Positions 50,172-60,769 of a stretch of 64,000 nt of DNA are shown here, one piece after another (within the stretch, counting starts at the first letter, position 1; every line of letters begins with the position of its first letter). The stretch is taken from positions 785,115 to 849,114 of the forward strand of contig NHBH01000009.1 in assembly GCA_002168225.1 (NCBI GenBank), given 5' to 3'. The notes under the pieces were generated by a model. That model was not told where the DNA came from. It was given only the letters and a program-made list of their open reading frames with translations, and ran no database searches. The stretch is from Micavibrio sp. TMED2 (lineage in GTDB: Bacteria; Pseudomonadota; Alphaproteobacteria; TMED2). A program made the position numbers and the translations under genes.

Positions 50172-51683
50172 ATGCCAGATCAGAACCCCGCGCCGCGCAA
50201 GTCCATTGACAATAATGACGACAGGATCGCCGTTATCGATATTGGCTCGAACTCCGTCCGTCTGGTTGTCTTTGATCGGCTTGATCGCACGCCGTTGACC
50301 CTGTTCAACGAGAAACAGATGTGCGGGCTTGGCCGTGGTCTTGCCAAGAATGGGCACCTTAATCCCGAGGGCAAGGCACTGGCGGCCAAAACACTCACGC
50401 GATTTTCCAGCCTGCTATCCAGGCTTGGGGTAAGCACTGTTTTTGCGACTGCTACTGCGGCGCTGCGGACGGCTGAAGATGGTGTGGAGTTTGCCAATAA
50501 GCTTCACCGTGATACCGGACTGGATATTGAGGTGATTTCGGGTGAGGAAGAGGCACGCCTTGCCGCCATGGGGGTTATCGCCGGGATGCCCGATGCCGAT
50601 GGCATTGTCGGTGACCTCGGCGGTGGGTCGCTGGAGCTGGTCTCGGTTGCCGATCAACAGCATCACCATCACACCAGCCTGCCGCTCGGCCCGTTCAAGT
50701 TCCCCGATAGCTTCAAGAACCAGAAAGAAGCAGCCGAATATATCCGCAAGCAGTTTGCCGCCTGTGACTGGCTGAAGGAAAAGCGCGGCAAGCGGCTATA
50801 TGCGGTGGGTGGTGCATGGCGGGCCATTGCCAAGGCGCATATGGAGCAGGTCAAGCACCCGATCCATATCGTCCATGCTTATGCCATGCCCTATGCCGAG
50901 GCGGTGGATTTCACCGATCTGTTGTCGAAACAGTCACGCAGCTCGTTGGAAAAGATGTCGAGCCTGTCCAGTCGCCGGATTGATGTCATTCCCCATGCTG
51001 CCCTGCTGATGCGCGTATTGCTTGAGGAATTGCGACCGAAGGAATTGTCGTTCTCGTCCTATGGCCTGCGAGAAGGGCTGATGTTCGACCGTCTGGATGC
51101 AAAGCAGCAGGCGCTTGACCCCTTGCTCTATTCCTGCCGCTCGATCGAGGCGCGCAACAGCCGGTTTGACGGTTCGGCGGCACTGTTCCGCTGGACCAGA
51201 AGCCTGTTTCCCGAGGAGACCGCATCGGAAGAGCGATTGCGCCGGGCGTCCTGTCTGCTCAGTGACTTCTGTTGGGCTGAGCACCCCGACTACCGTGCCG
51301 AACATGCCTTCCTGCGGGTCTTGCGCTCGACCATGGTCGGCATCACTCACCCGGAGCGGGTCTTTCTGGCAACGGTGCTGCATCGCCGCTATGGCGGTAA
51401 GTTCGATGCCCATGCAGTTGCATCCCATGTGCTGGATGACCGTCTGCATCGTAAGGCGGAATTGCTCGGTAACGCACTGAGACTGGGGCAGAATCTGTGT
51501 GGCGGTGCTGAAAACGTACTCGATCACATGCCGCTCATTCTCAATGACAAGCGCCTGATCCTGCAGGTGCCGGCGGCATTTTCCGACCTCGTGACCGACG
51601 TGGTTGAGCGGCGTCTCAATGCCGTTGCCAAGGTTGTCGGCGTCAATCCGGCCATCGAGCCTTCGACGGACGAGGCGGCATAG
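50172..51683 (+). CDS. ppx: Exopolyphosphatase (Ppx/GppA family)
   Basis: IAVIDIGSNSVRLVV and GGGS motifs of the ASKHA fold. About 500 aa. Confidence 0.88.
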   Translation: MPDQNPAPRKSIDNNDDRIAVIDIGSNSVRLVVFDRLDRTPLTLFNEKQMCGLGRGLAKNGHLNPEGKALAAKTLTRFSSLLSRLGVSTVFATATAALRTAEDGVEFANKLHRDTGLDIEVISGEEEARLAAMGVIAGMPDADGIVGDLGGGSLELVSVADQQHHHHTSLPLGPFKFPDSFKNQKEAAEYIRKQFAACDWLKEKRGKRLYAVGGAWRAIAKAHMEQVKHPIHIVHAYAMPYAEAVDFTDLLSKQSRSSLEKMSSLSSRRIDVIPHAALLMRVLLEELRPKELSFSSYGLREGLMFDRLDAKQQALDPLLYSCRSIEARNSRFDGSAALFRWTRSLFPEETASEERLRRASCLLSDFCWAEHPDYRAEHAFLRVLRSTMVGITHPERVFLATVLHRRYGGKFDAHAVASHVLDDRLHRKAELLGNALRLGQNLCGGAENVLDHMPLILNDKRLILQVPAAFSDLVTDVVERRLNAVAKVVGVNPAIEPSTDEAA

Positions 51684-51786
51684 CTCCTGCTGATGTCAGC
51701 TTTTGAATTCTGTCTAAAAATGGGCAGCTTTCTTAAAACGGGCGTATACGAACATGAGTGATTGACGCAAACAGGAGTTCTCCCCC

Positions 51787-52209
51787 ATGCGCGCAGCATT
51801 TCTTCGTTCAGATTCAGTTGAGACCGTAACCCTTGAGGCAATTGGCGCCGCGACGGCAGCCAGCAAGATTGTCGCCAATGACAGCAACGAGCCGGGCGTG
51901 AAGCCTGCCGACCTCAGTGCCCGCATCGCCGCCGTGCTCAAGCGCGATGGTGCCAGCACCGATCCGGCCACCAAGGACATGACCGATTTCCTCAAGCGTA
52001 TCGGCCCTGATCTGGGCATGGTCGCCTCGGCCCCATACCGCACTGAGCCATGGGCCCAGCGGGTTCATGGCATGATCCGCAACTCTGCCGGTCCGGCGGA
52101 AGAGCTGTACAAGCGCCATTTCCGAGACTCCGAAGTCCCCGCGAGCAATCCGGCAGCCCATGTGCCTGCCAAGCTCGAGAATACCTTTCAGGCACGCGCA
52201 CAAATCTGA
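51787..52209 (+). CDS. Hypothetical 140-aa protein downstream of ppx
   Basis: ORF with AGGAG 11 nt upstream and a strong terminator just after. No family recognised. Confidence 0.4.
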   Translation: MRAAFLRSDSVETVTLEAIGAATAASKIVANDSNEPGVKPADLSARIAAVLKRDGASTDPATKDMTDFLKRIGPDLGMVASAPYRTEPWAQRVHGMIRNSAGPAEELYKRHFRDSEVPASNPAAHVPAKLENTFQARAQI

Positions 52210-52233
52210 TTGTTGCCCCTGATGCCAGACAAA

Positions 52234-52268
52234 CAAAAGCCGCTGATAATCGCATCAGCGGCTTTTTT
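52234..52268. terminator. Bidirectional rho-independent terminator (end of the ppx/hypothetical unit and of convergent rnd)
   Basis: AAAAGCCGCTGAT-aatcgc-ATCAGCGGC followed by TTTTTT. Confidence 0.65.
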
Positions 52269-52294
52269 GTTGGCCCAAGCGTAATCTGGAGGCG

Positions 52295-53458
52295 TCAAAC
52301 CTCGAACTCGACCACCTTGCCATCCTTCATCGCCAGCGCCAGTTCTCCGCGCATCAGGCGTTCGGCGGGCTCACCGAAGACGGCGCGGCGCCAGCCACGC
52401 AGGGCGGCAATATCCTTGGCATCGCCGGTGCCGTTGATGGCGAAATCAGCCAGCCCCTCAAGCTCGGAAGAGGTGGCAACCATCTTTGAGGCGACGCCAT
52501 GGGCGGCACAGCGGCCTTTCAGCAGGACCTTGAGTAACTCAACCGAAGCAGCTGCCTTACTGTTGATCGGTTTTTTGCGCTCCAGCTTTGGACGTTTATC
52601 GCTCGGGGTATCCATGGCCTGTTGAATAACCTTTAGCAGGGCTTCTCCGGTTTTTCCCTTGGCATTGCCGCCGAGACCGCGAATACGGCCAAGGCTGTCA
52701 GCATTTGTCGGGCGCTGAGCCGCCAGTTCGAGGATCACATCATCACGCAGCACGCGGTTACGCGGCAGATTGCGTTGCTGGGCCTCGGTCTCGCGCCATG
52801 TGGCCAGCATCTGGGCGGTCAGGACGAACAGCGGTTCGGTACTGCGCAGCTTCAGACGCTGCCAGGCATCTTCCGGTTTCATCTCATAGGTTGCGGAATC
52901 GGTGAGAATATCCATTTCCTCACGCACCCATGCCTCGCGTCCCTGTTTGGCGATCTGCTTGGCAAGGTGTTCGTAGATCACCCGCAGATGGGTGACATCG
53001 CCGAGGGCATATTTGATCTGTTTCTGGGTCAGGGGGCGGCGCGACCAGTCGGTAAACCGGTTGCTTTTGTCCAGTGTCTGGTGAGCGATTTCCCGAACGA
53101 GCTGTTCATAGCCAACGCTCTCGCCATAGCCACAGACCATGGCGGCAATCTGGCTGTCAAACAGCGGGGTCGGAACTTTTCCCATCAGTTGATAGAAAAT
53201 CTCCAGATCCTGCCGGGCGGCGTGGAAGACCTTGAGTATCTTGGGATTGGAGAGCAGGTCGAAAAGCGGTTGTAGGTCGATGCCATCGGCGAGGGGGTCG
53301 ATACAGACGGCCTCGTCCTTGCCGGCGATCTGGACAAGGCAGAGTTTGGCGTAATAGGTGCTGTCGCGCAGAAACTCGGTATCAACAGTCAAGTAGGGCT
53401 CATCGCGCAAACGTTCTGCCAGCGCGGCGAGGTCGTCAGATTTTGTAATGACGGGCAT
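52295..53458 (-). CDS. rnd: Ribonuclease D
   Basis: DEDDy 3'-5' exonuclease motifs (LTVDTEFLR, FHAARQDLE, YALGDVTHL) plus HRDC domains. Start set at ATG 53458, aligning with E. coli Rnd. Confidence 0.85.
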   Translation of the reverse strand: MPVITKSDDLAALAERLRDEPYLTVDTEFLRDSTYYAKLCLVQIAGKDEAVCIDPLADGIDLQPLFDLLSNPKILKVFHAARQDLEIFYQLMGKVPTPLFDSQIAAMVCGYGESVGYEQLVREIAHQTLDKSNRFTDWSRRPLTQKQIKYALGDVTHLRVIYEHLAKQIAKQGREAWVREEMDILTDSATYEMKPEDAWQRLKLRSTEPLFVLTAQMLATWRETEAQQRNLPRNRVLRDDVILELAAQRPTNADSLGRIRGLGGNAKGKTGEALLKVIQQAMDTPSDKRPKLERKKPINSKAAASVELLKVLLKGRCAAHGVASKMVATSSELEGLADFAINGTGDAKDIAALRGWRRAVFGEPAERLMRGELALAMKDGKVVEFEV

Positions 53459-53561
53459 ACATATCCGTATGTGGTAACGGTCAGTGAATATTGTCGGGAA
53501 TTTAAACCCAGAGCTTGTAAGCGACAAGAAATTCGCTCGTCGCTTCCGTTAACGTCAACCG

Positions 53562-54386
53562 TTACAACCGGTTCCGATGCCAGTTGATATGGTCCTGCAT
53601 GAAGCTGGCAACAAAATAGTAGCTGTGATCATAGTCACGCTGCATTCTGATGGTTCCGGCAGTCCGTGTCTCGGCAATCGCATTGGCCAGTGCTTCCGGC
53701 TTTAGCAGTTCCAGAAACTGATCATCGGTCCCCTGATCGATCAGGATGTCTCGCGCCCAGCCCTTGCCATCCAGCAGCAGGGTTGAGTCGTGTTCCTGCC
53801 AGTCGGCTTCATTCGGACCGAGATAGGCGGATAGCTGTTTTCTGCCCCAGTCGGATGCGGTTGGATGGGCAATCGGGGCAAAGGCTGACACCGATTTGTA
53901 CAAATCCGGTTTGCGCATGGCGAGGGTGAGGGCGCCATGCCCGCCCATGGAATGGCCGGTAATGCCCTGACGGTCAGGATCAATCGCAAATTCCTTCACC
54001 ACCAGCTTCTGTAATTCACTGGTGATGTAGGAATACATGCTGAAATGCGGAGCCCAGGGTTTCTCGGTCGCATCAACATAGAAACCGGCACCCTGACCGA
54101 GGTCATAGGCGTCGTCATCGGCGACATTTTCACCGCGCGGGGAGGTATCTGGAAAGATGATGGCGATACCGGCCTCGGCAGCCCATGCCTGTGCGCCTGC
54201 TTTGGTCATGGCGTTTTCATGGGTGCAGGTGAGGCCGGAGAGGTACCACAGACATGGCACTTTGCCGTGCTCTGCCTGTGGCGGCATATAGACGGCAAAG
54301 GTCATCTCACCGCGACAGGCACTCGACTTGTGTTTGTAAACGCCCTGAACGCCGCCGAAACAGCGGTTCTCCGAAACGAGTTCCAT
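53562..54386 (-). CDS. fghA: S-formylglutathione hydrolase (esterase D)
   Basis: GHSMGGHGA catalytic serine motif. Paired with the class III ADH gene. Confidence 0.88.
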   Translation of the reverse strand: MELVSENRCFGGVQGVYKHKSSACRGEMTFAVYMPPQAEHGKVPCLWYLSGLTCTHENAMTKAGAQAWAAEAGIAIIFPDTSPRGENVADDDAYDLGQGAGFYVDATEKPWAPHFSMYSYITSELQKLVVKEFAIDPDRQGITGHSMGGHGALTLAMRKPDLYKSVSAFAPIAHPTASDWGRKQLSAYLGPNEADWQEHDSTLLLDGKGWARDILIDQGTDDQFLELLKPEALANAIAETRTAGTIRMQRDYDHSYYFVASFMQDHINWHRNRL

Positions 54387-54428
54387 TGGAAAGTTTCCTG
54401 GTTTGTCTTGTGTGACTAGCTGGCGGGA

Positions 54429-55541
54429 TCAGTAGGTGACGACAGCGCGGATCGACTTGCCCTGATGCATCAGGTCAAAGCCCTTGTTGATGTCTTCCAG
54501 CGGCATGGTGTGGGTGATCATCGGGTCGATCTCGATCTTGCCTTCCATGTACCAGTCGACGATTTTCGGCACATCGGTCCGGCCACGGGCACCACCGAAG
54601 GCCGTGCCGCGCCAGCTCCGGCCAGTAACCAGCTGGAACGGACGGGTGGAGATTTCAGCACCGGCAGGGGCAACACCGATGATAATGCTCTCGCCCCAAC
54701 CCTTATGGGCGCATTCGAGGGCATTGCGCATCACCTGCACATTGCCGGTAGCATCAAAGGTGTAATCGGCACCGCCCTTTGTCAAATCCACGAGGTAAGG
54801 GACGAGATCGCCTTCGACCTGATTGGGGTTGACGAAGTGGGTCATGCCGAAACGCTTGGCCATATCGACCTTGCCTTCGTTGAGATCGACGCCAACGATC
54901 ATATCGGCACCAGCGAGGCGCAGACCCTGAATGACATTGAGGCCAATGCCGCCAAGGCCGAACACGATACATTTCGAGCCGATTTCAACCTTCGCGGTGT
55001 GAATCACGGCACCGATGCCGGTGGTGACGCCGCAGCCGATATAGCAGACCTTGTCGAACGGCGCGTCGGAGCGGATTTTCGCCAGCGCGATTTCCGGCAG
55101 TACCGTGTGATTGGAGAAGGTAGAGCAGCCCATATAGTGCAGGATCGGCTCGCCATCGAGATTGGTGAATCGGGAGGTGCCATCAGGCATCACGCCCTGA
55201 CCTTGGGTAGTGCGGATCGCCTGACACAGGTTGGTTTTCGGATGCAGGCAATATTCGCACTCACGGCATTCCGGGGTATAGAGCGGGATTACGTGATCGC
55301 CGGGCTTGAGCGAGGTGACGCCTTCGCCGACTTCCAGCACGATACCGGCACCCTCATGGCCGAGAATGGCCGGGAATGCGCCTTCTGGATCGGCGCCGGA
55401 CAGGGTGAACTGGTCGGTATGGCAGATACCGGTTGCCTTGATCTCGACCAGAACCTCACCCGCCTTCGGGCCTTCCAGATTCACTTCTTCAACCGACAGG
55501 GGTTTGCCTGCGGCATATGCTACGGCGGCGCGTGTTCTCAT
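54429..55541 (-). CDS. frmA: S-(hydroxymethyl)glutathione dehydrogenase / class III alcohol dehydrogenase
   Basis: GICHTD zinc site, structural Zn Cys cluster [15 protein letters not shown], Rossmann GLGGIG. Start trimmed to ATG 55541. Confidence 0.9.
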   Translation of the reverse strand: MRTRAAVAYAAGKPLSVEEVNLEGPKAGEVLVEIKATGICHTDQFTLSGADPEGAFPAILGHEGAGIVLEVGEGVTSLKPGDHVIPLYTPECRECEYCLHPKTNLCQAIRTTQGQGVMPDGTSRFTNLDGEPILHYMGCSTFSNHTVLPEIALAKIRSDAPFDKVCYIGCGVTTGIGAVIHTAKVEIGSKCIVFGLGGIGLNVIQGLRLAGADMIVGVDLNEGKVDMAKRFGMTHFVNPNQVEGDLVPYLVDLTKGGADYTFDATGNVQVMRNALECAHKGWGESIIIGVAPAGAEISTRPFQLVTGRSWRGTAFGGARGRTDVPKIVDWYMEGKIEIDPMITHTMPLEDINKGFDLMHQGKSIRAVVTY

Positions 55542-55731
55542 GGGTAGTGTCCTCGGATTGGGGCTCGAAAGCTGGTGAATCCAGCAACTTATGAATAGGG
55601 CGGTATACATAATCGAAAATCCGCCACGGGTAAATTGCTGTCACAAGTGTAATGGTGGCTTGACTTCGCGTGGCGAACGGTGTGGTTTCCCGGCAATCAA
55701 TCCCTTTTCCGTCCAGACTTGGTAGCAATCA

Positions 55732-57549
55732 ATGACCATGCACGCCTATCGTACCCATACCTGTGGTGAACTCCGCGCCGATCATGTTGACGACACCGTC
55801 CGCCTGTCCGGCTGGATCAATCGCAAGCGCGACCATGGTCAGCTGCTGTTTATCGATCTGCGCGACCGTTACGGCATCACACAGGTTGTCACCACGGTGA
55901 ACAGCGATGTGTTCAAGGCACTGGAATCAGCCCGGCTGGAAACTGTCATCACCGTGACCGGCAAGGTGGTCAAGCGAAGCGCCGAGACCACAAACAGCAA
56001 TATCCCGACCGGCGAGATCGAGGTTCAGGTGCTGGAACTGGAAATCCAGTCCCATGCCGATACCCTGCCGCTGCAGGTCAATTCCGATGAGGATTACGGC
56101 GAGGAAATCCGCCTGCGCTATCGTTATCTCGACCTGCGCCGGGCCAAGATGCAGCGGAATATCGAGCTGCGTTCCAAGGTTATCTCGTCAATCCGCCAGC
56201 GCATGATCGATCAGGGCTTCATGGAGTTCCAGACTCCGATCCTGACCGCATCTTCCCCCGAGGGTGCCCGCGATTATCTCGTGCCGTCACGGGTTCATCC
56301 CGGCAAGTTCTATGCCCTGCCACAGGCACCACAGCAGTTCAAACAGCTGCTGATGATGAGCGGTTTCGACAAGTACTTCCAGATCGCCCCATGTTTCCGC
56401 GATGAGGACAGCCGCGCCGACCGTAGCCCCGGTGAGTTCTATCAGCTCGATTTCGAGATGAGCTTTGTTACTCAGGAAGATGTCTTCAATGCCATCGAGC
56501 CGGTGCTGCACGGTATCTTTGAAGAATTCTCCGACTTTTCCGGCACCAAGCGCGCTGTGACCAAGCCGCCATTCCCGCGTATCCCGTTCGATGAAGCGAT
56601 GCTGAAATACGGTTCCGATAAGCCGGACCTGCGCAACCCGCTGGAAATCGTCGACGTGACCGAGATTTTCGAGCGTGACGATGTTGAGTTCAAGGCATTC
56701 AAGGGCGTGATCGCCAATGGCGGCGTCGTCCGTGCTCTGCCGGTGCCCGGCGTTGCCGACAAGCCGCGCAGCTTCTTCGACAAGCTGAATGACTGGGCGC
56801 GCGGTGAGGGGGCTGTGGGCCTCGGCTACATCACCTTCGCCGATGGCGAGGGCAAGGGGCCGATTGCCAAATTTGTGCCACCAGCGGCTCAGGCGCAGCT
56901 GAAAGAACTCGCCGGTCTCAAGGATGGCGATGCTGTGTTCTTCGCCTGTGACAAACCGGGCGCTGCGGCCAAGCTGATTGGCGCTGCCCGCACCAAGATC
57001 GGCCATGATCTCGAGCTGATCGATCCGAACGAATACAAGTTCTGCTGGATCGTCGACTTCCCGATGTATGAAATGGATGAGGACACCGGCAAGATCGAGT
57101 TCAGTCACAACCCGTTCTCCATGCCGCAGGGTGGTCTCGAAGCACTGGAAAATCAGGACCCGCTCACCATCAAGGCGTATCAGTACGATATCGTCTGTAA
57201 CGGCGTTGAGCTGTCTTCCGGTGCCATCCGGAACCACCGCCCCGACATCATGGTCAAGGCATTCGACATTGCCGGTTATCCGGAGAGCGTGTTGGAAGAG
57301 CGCTTCGGCGGCATGCTGTCAGCCATGAAGTTCGGCGCCCCGCCGCATGGTGGTTCCGCACCGGGCATCGACCGTATTGTCATGCTGCTGGCTGATGAGC
57401 CGAATATCCGTGAGGTTATCACCTTCCCGATGAACCAGAAGGCGGAAGACCTGCTCATGGGGGCACCGGCAGAGGTTGAGCCAGAGCGCCTGAAAGAGCT
57501 GCATATCAAGCTGAACCTGCCAAAGGTCAAAGTAGCCGAAGCCAGCTAA
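55732..57549 (+). CDS. aspS: Aspartate--tRNA ligase
   Basis: Class II motifs [19 protein letters not shown]. Non-discriminating-type length of 605 aa. Confidence 0.92.
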   Translation: MTMHAYRTHTCGELRADHVDDTVRLSGWINRKRDHGQLLFIDLRDRYGITQVVTTVNSDVFKALESARLETVITVTGKVVKRSAETTNSNIPTGEIEVQVLELEIQSHADTLPLQVNSDEDYGEEIRLRYRYLDLRRAKMQRNIELRSKVISSIRQRMIDQGFMEFQTPILTASSPEGARDYLVPSRVHPGKFYALPQAPQQFKQLLMMSGFDKYFQIAPCFRDEDSRADRSPGEFYQLDFEMSFVTQEDVFNAIEPVLHGIFEEFSDFSGTKRAVTKPPFPRIPFDEAMLKYGSDKPDLRNPLEIVDVTEIFERDDVEFKAFKGVIANGGVVRALPVPGVADKPRSFFDKLNDWARGEGAVGLGYITFADGEGKGPIAKFVPPAAQAQLKELAGLKDGDAVFFACDKPGAAAKLIGAARTKIGHDLELIDPNEYKFCWIVDFPMYEMDEDTGKIEFSHNPFSMPQGGLEALENQDPLTIKAYQYDIVCNGVELSSGAIRNHRPDIMVKAFDIAGYPESVLEERFGGMLSAMKFGAPPHGGSAPGIDRIVMLLADEPNIREVITFPMNQKAEDLLMGAPAEVEPERLKELHIKLNLPKVKVAEAS

Positions 57550-57567
57550 CAGGAAAGGCCCGGCGCA

Positions 57568-58338
57568 ATGTTCGGAAGTGACAAAAACGCTCAAGACACG
57601 CTGAAGCAACTGCTGTCCGCGGTCGAGCGGATTGAGCAACGGCTCGACGGTCTGGATCAACGTCTGAACATGCTGGCCCAGCGCGATGTGCACTGGGGGC
57701 TGGTCTTTGCTACCCAGCAGCTTGAGAACCGGCAGATACTCTCGGATCGTCTCGGGGTTTCCAATGGTTGGCTGCCGCCGACGCGTGGTTGGGCGGCATC
57801 GCCTGACTTCCTCATGGTGGTCGCGCGCCTTGTTGATGAGGTCCAGCCGACCAATGTGGTCGAGTGCGGCAGCGGTGTTTCCACCATCACGCTGGCAAGG
57901 CTGCTGGCGGGCCAGTCCGACTGCAATATCGTCAGCTTTGATCATAATGAGGCATTCGCCAACCAGACAGCCGCCCTGTTGCAGGAACGCGGCTTGCCCG
58001 ATGGTACGGGCCTGACCATTGCCGCGGCCCCCCATGTGGAGCATGTGATCGGTGGCGAAACCTTCCTCTGGTACCAGACCGAGGGCGTGCCGCTCCCGGA
58101 ACAGATCGACCTGTTGCTGGTTGATGGGCCGATTGTCTCCAGTGACAATATGCTCGCGCGTTATCCGGCCCTGCCATTGCTGCATGACCGGTTGAGCGAC
58201 AAGGCGGTAATCGTGCTGGATGACGCCAACCGTCCCGGTGAACAGGCGACTCTGAAGCGCTGGCTTGAGGAATTCCCGGCATGGACATGTGAAATGGTCG
58301 GCACGGAAAAAGGTACAGCAATCCTGCGCCGAAAATGA
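57568..58338 (+). CDS. Class I SAM-dependent methyltransferase (O-methyltransferase-like fold), N-terminal coiled coil
   Basis: Motif I VVECGSGVS, acidic post-I residue, LLLVDGP analogous to DLxFIDA. AGGAAAGG RBS. Confidence 0.55.
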   Translation: MFGSDKNAQDTLKQLLSAVERIEQRLDGLDQRLNMLAQRDVHWGLVFATQQLENRQILSDRLGVSNGWLPPTRGWAASPDFLMVVARLVDEVQPTNVVECGSGVSTITLARLLAGQSDCNIVSFDHNEAFANQTAALLQERGLPDGTGLTIAAAPHVEHVIGGETFLWYQTEGVPLPEQIDLLLVDGPIVSSDNMLARYPALPLLHDRLSDKAVIVLDDANRPGEQATLKRWLEEFPAWTCEMVGTEKGTAILRRK

Positions 58339-58413
58339 CCGGGACAGGTTAAGCCTGTTTTCAACGATTGTCGGTCTGGCGATCCCGTGGCACACTTCCC
58401 ATGTAGATAGTGG

Positions 58414-59349
58414 ATGAATTCTACAGGCGGGAAGATGCGGAAGCGGATGCCAATGACTGACCAGAACCGAAATTATCGTGGAAAATCAACAGTTAGGTCT
58501 GTTGCTCAGGATCGCTCATTCTGGTTGTGGAGCGGTGCCGCGGTCTTGCTGGTCGGTGGTGCGCTGTTCTCATTCGCTGCCAATGCCGCTCCGGCCGCCG
58601 ATGATCCGGCAGCAAAGTTTGCCGAGATTTTCCAGCCACACAAGGCAATCTACAAACTCACCATGACTGAGATTCGGAATCTGCAGAAGATTTCCTCGGT
58701 CAGCGGCGAGATGTTCTTCGAGTGGGGCGATGCCTGCGAGGCATGGACCACGACCCAGAAATTCCAGCTCGATTACAACTACACCGAAGGCGCCGGTCAG
58801 CGTTACGTCAGCGATTATTCATCATGGGAAGCCAAGGACGGGCAGAGCTTTTCCTTCACCTCCAAGAACCTGAACAATGGTCAGGTAAACCGGGTCTATC
58901 GCGGCAGTGCCGAGCGTGAGAAGAGCGGCAGCGGGGAAGTGGATTTCAGCCGCCCCGAGGAAAAGCAGATGCCGATCCCCAAGGGCTTTGTCTTCCCGTC
59001 CGAGCATACCTTCAAGCTGTTGCAGTCCGCCACGGCGGGCAAGAAGTTCTACAGTGCGGTGATGTTCGACGGCTCGGATGATGACGGCCCGATCCTGGTC
59101 AATGCGGTAATCGGCAACCCCATTGATGCCCTGACGGCGGATGATCAGGATAATGAAATGCTGCGCCCGGCTGGCTGGCCCGTACGCATGGCGTTCTTCG
59201 ATTTCAACAATGACGCCTCGGAAGCGAATTACGAGATGACCATCACGCTGCTGGAGAATGGCATCGTTCGGGATATGGAAATCGACTATGACGAGTTTAC
59301 GCTGAAGGGCGATCTCGTCACCATCGACGCACTCGACGGCTGCGAATAA
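58414..59349 (+). CDS. eipB: EipB-like (DUF1849) periplasmic envelope-integrity protein
   Basis: Signal peptide, about 280-aa mature domain, C-terminal Cys. Resembles the Brucella EipB family. Start is ambiguous (58414/58435/58453). Confidence 0.5.
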   Translation: MNSTGGKMRKRMPMTDQNRNYRGKSTVRSVAQDRSFWLWSGAAVLLVGGALFSFAANAAPAADDPAAKFAEIFQPHKAIYKLTMTEIRNLQKISSVSGEMFFEWGDACEAWTTTQKFQLDYNYTEGAGQRYVSDYSSWEAKDGQSFSFTSKNLNNGQVNRVYRGSAEREKSGSGEVDFSRPEEKQMPIPKGFVFPSEHTFKLLQSATAGKKFYSAVMFDGSDDDGPILVNAVIGNPIDALTADDQDNEMLRPAGWPVRMAFFDFNNDASEANYEMTITLLENGIVRDMEIDYDEFTLKGDLVTIDALDGCE

Positions 59350-59355
59350 TCATTG

Positions 59356-60717
59356 TCAGCGTTTCTGACTATCCCGGTCTTTGGCGGCGGGCCGTTTTGT
59401 CGCCAGTGACCGCCCCTTGAGGATGGTGTCCTTGCCAAGCTTGCTGCGCAGGGTGTGCAGGGCATCCTCGAGTTTTCTGTGTTCATGCTCCGAGCGATAG
59501 GCGGCATCATGCTGATCCAATTCCAGATCACCGAACAATGCCTGCTGGGCCGTTGCCTCGCTTGAGGCGGCATTGCGCTGGTCGATCACGTCGAGGCCGA
59601 CGCCGAGCAGGCGATAGGGCGTGCCGTCCGCCAGCTTGTAGAGCATGGGGTGGGCAGCCTGATACAGGGTCTCGGCGCTGCGGATGTCTACCGGCAGTGT
59701 CTGGCTGCGGGTGATGGTTTTGAACTGGGCTGTCTTGACCTTGAGGGTCACGGTCTTGCCCTCATGGCCTTTCTCCCGCAACCGGTCCGCCACCCGTTCG
59801 CTAAGTCGCCATAGATGGCTGGCGAGGGTTGCCGGATCGCTGATATCGGTATCGAAGGTGATTTCCGCCGATACGCTCTTGGTCGCCCGGTCGGGCTTCA
59901 CCTCCCGGCTGTCGCGGCCATGGGCCAGATCATGCAGGCGCTGCCCCATCTTGCCATAGCGCCGGACCAGGTCGCTCTCGCTGCTGTTGCGGATATCCTG
60001 CAGGCTGCGGAAGCCGTCACGGGCCAGCTTTTCCTCGAATTTCTTGCCGACACCCCAGATGATGCTGACCGGCTGATTGGCCAGGAAACTGTCGGTTTCG
60101 GCTTGACCGATGATCGAGAATCCGCGCGGCTTGTCGCGGTCCGAGGCGATCTTGGCCAGAAACTTGTTATGGGACAGGCCGATTGACACCGTAATGCCAT
60201 GGGCCTGTTCGATATCGAGTGCCAGCCGGGCGAGGGTGACCGCCGGTGAGTGGCCATGCAGGCGTTCGGTGCCGCGCAGATCGATGAAGGCCTCATCAAT
60301 CGAGAGCGGTTCGACCGCAGGGGATACATCGAGCATCATCTGGCGCACCGCCCGACCGGTCTCGCTGTATTTTGCCATATTGGGCTTGATCACCACGGCA
60401 TCGGGGCAGCGCTCCAGTGCCTTGAACATCGGCATGGCCGAGCGGACACCATGCAGGCGGGCGACATAACAGGCGGTGGCAACCACCCCGCGCTTGCCGC
60501 CACCGATGATCACCGGCTTGTCCTGCAGCGATGGATCGTCACGTTTCTCGACCGAGGCAAAGAAGGCATCGCAATCCAGATGGGCAATCGCGAGCGTGCC
60601 CAGTTCGGGGTGTCGGAGCAGGCGGGTGGACTGGCAGGATGGGCAGTGTTTCTTGCCGGCATCCTCATCGCTCTCCGAAAACCTGAGGCAATCGCGGCAA
60701 AGCGTGGTCATTTGCAT
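59356..60717 (-). CDS. dinB: DNA polymerase IV (DinB) with an N-terminal CxxC...CxxC zinc-ribbon extension
   Basis: Y-family catalytic LDCDAFFASVE, SIDEAFLD. About 35-aa N-terminal extension CRDCL...CPSC. Confidence 0.88.
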   Translation of the reverse strand: MQMTTLCRDCLRFSESDEDAGKKHCPSCQSTRLLRHPELGTLAIAHLDCDAFFASVEKRDDPSLQDKPVIIGGGKRGVVATACYVARLHGVRSAMPMFKALERCPDAVVIKPNMAKYSETGRAVRQMMLDVSPAVEPLSIDEAFIDLRGTERLHGHSPAVTLARLALDIEQAHGITVSIGLSHNKFLAKIASDRDKPRGFSIIGQAETDSFLANQPVSIIWGVGKKFEEKLARDGFRSLQDIRNSSESDLVRRYGKMGQRLHDLAHGRDSREVKPDRATKSVSAEITFDTDISDPATLASHLWRLSERVADRLREKGHEGKTVTLKVKTAQFKTITRSQTLPVDIRSAETLYQAAHPMLYKLADGTPYRLLGVGLDVIDQRNAASSEATAQQALFGDLELDQHDAAYRSEHEHRKLEDALHTLRSKLGKDTILKGRSLATKRPAAKDRDSQKR

Positions 60718-60769
60718 GGAAAAGCGCTACTCTTGCCCTGTCTTGTCACTCTTGCTGTACCGTCATTGA

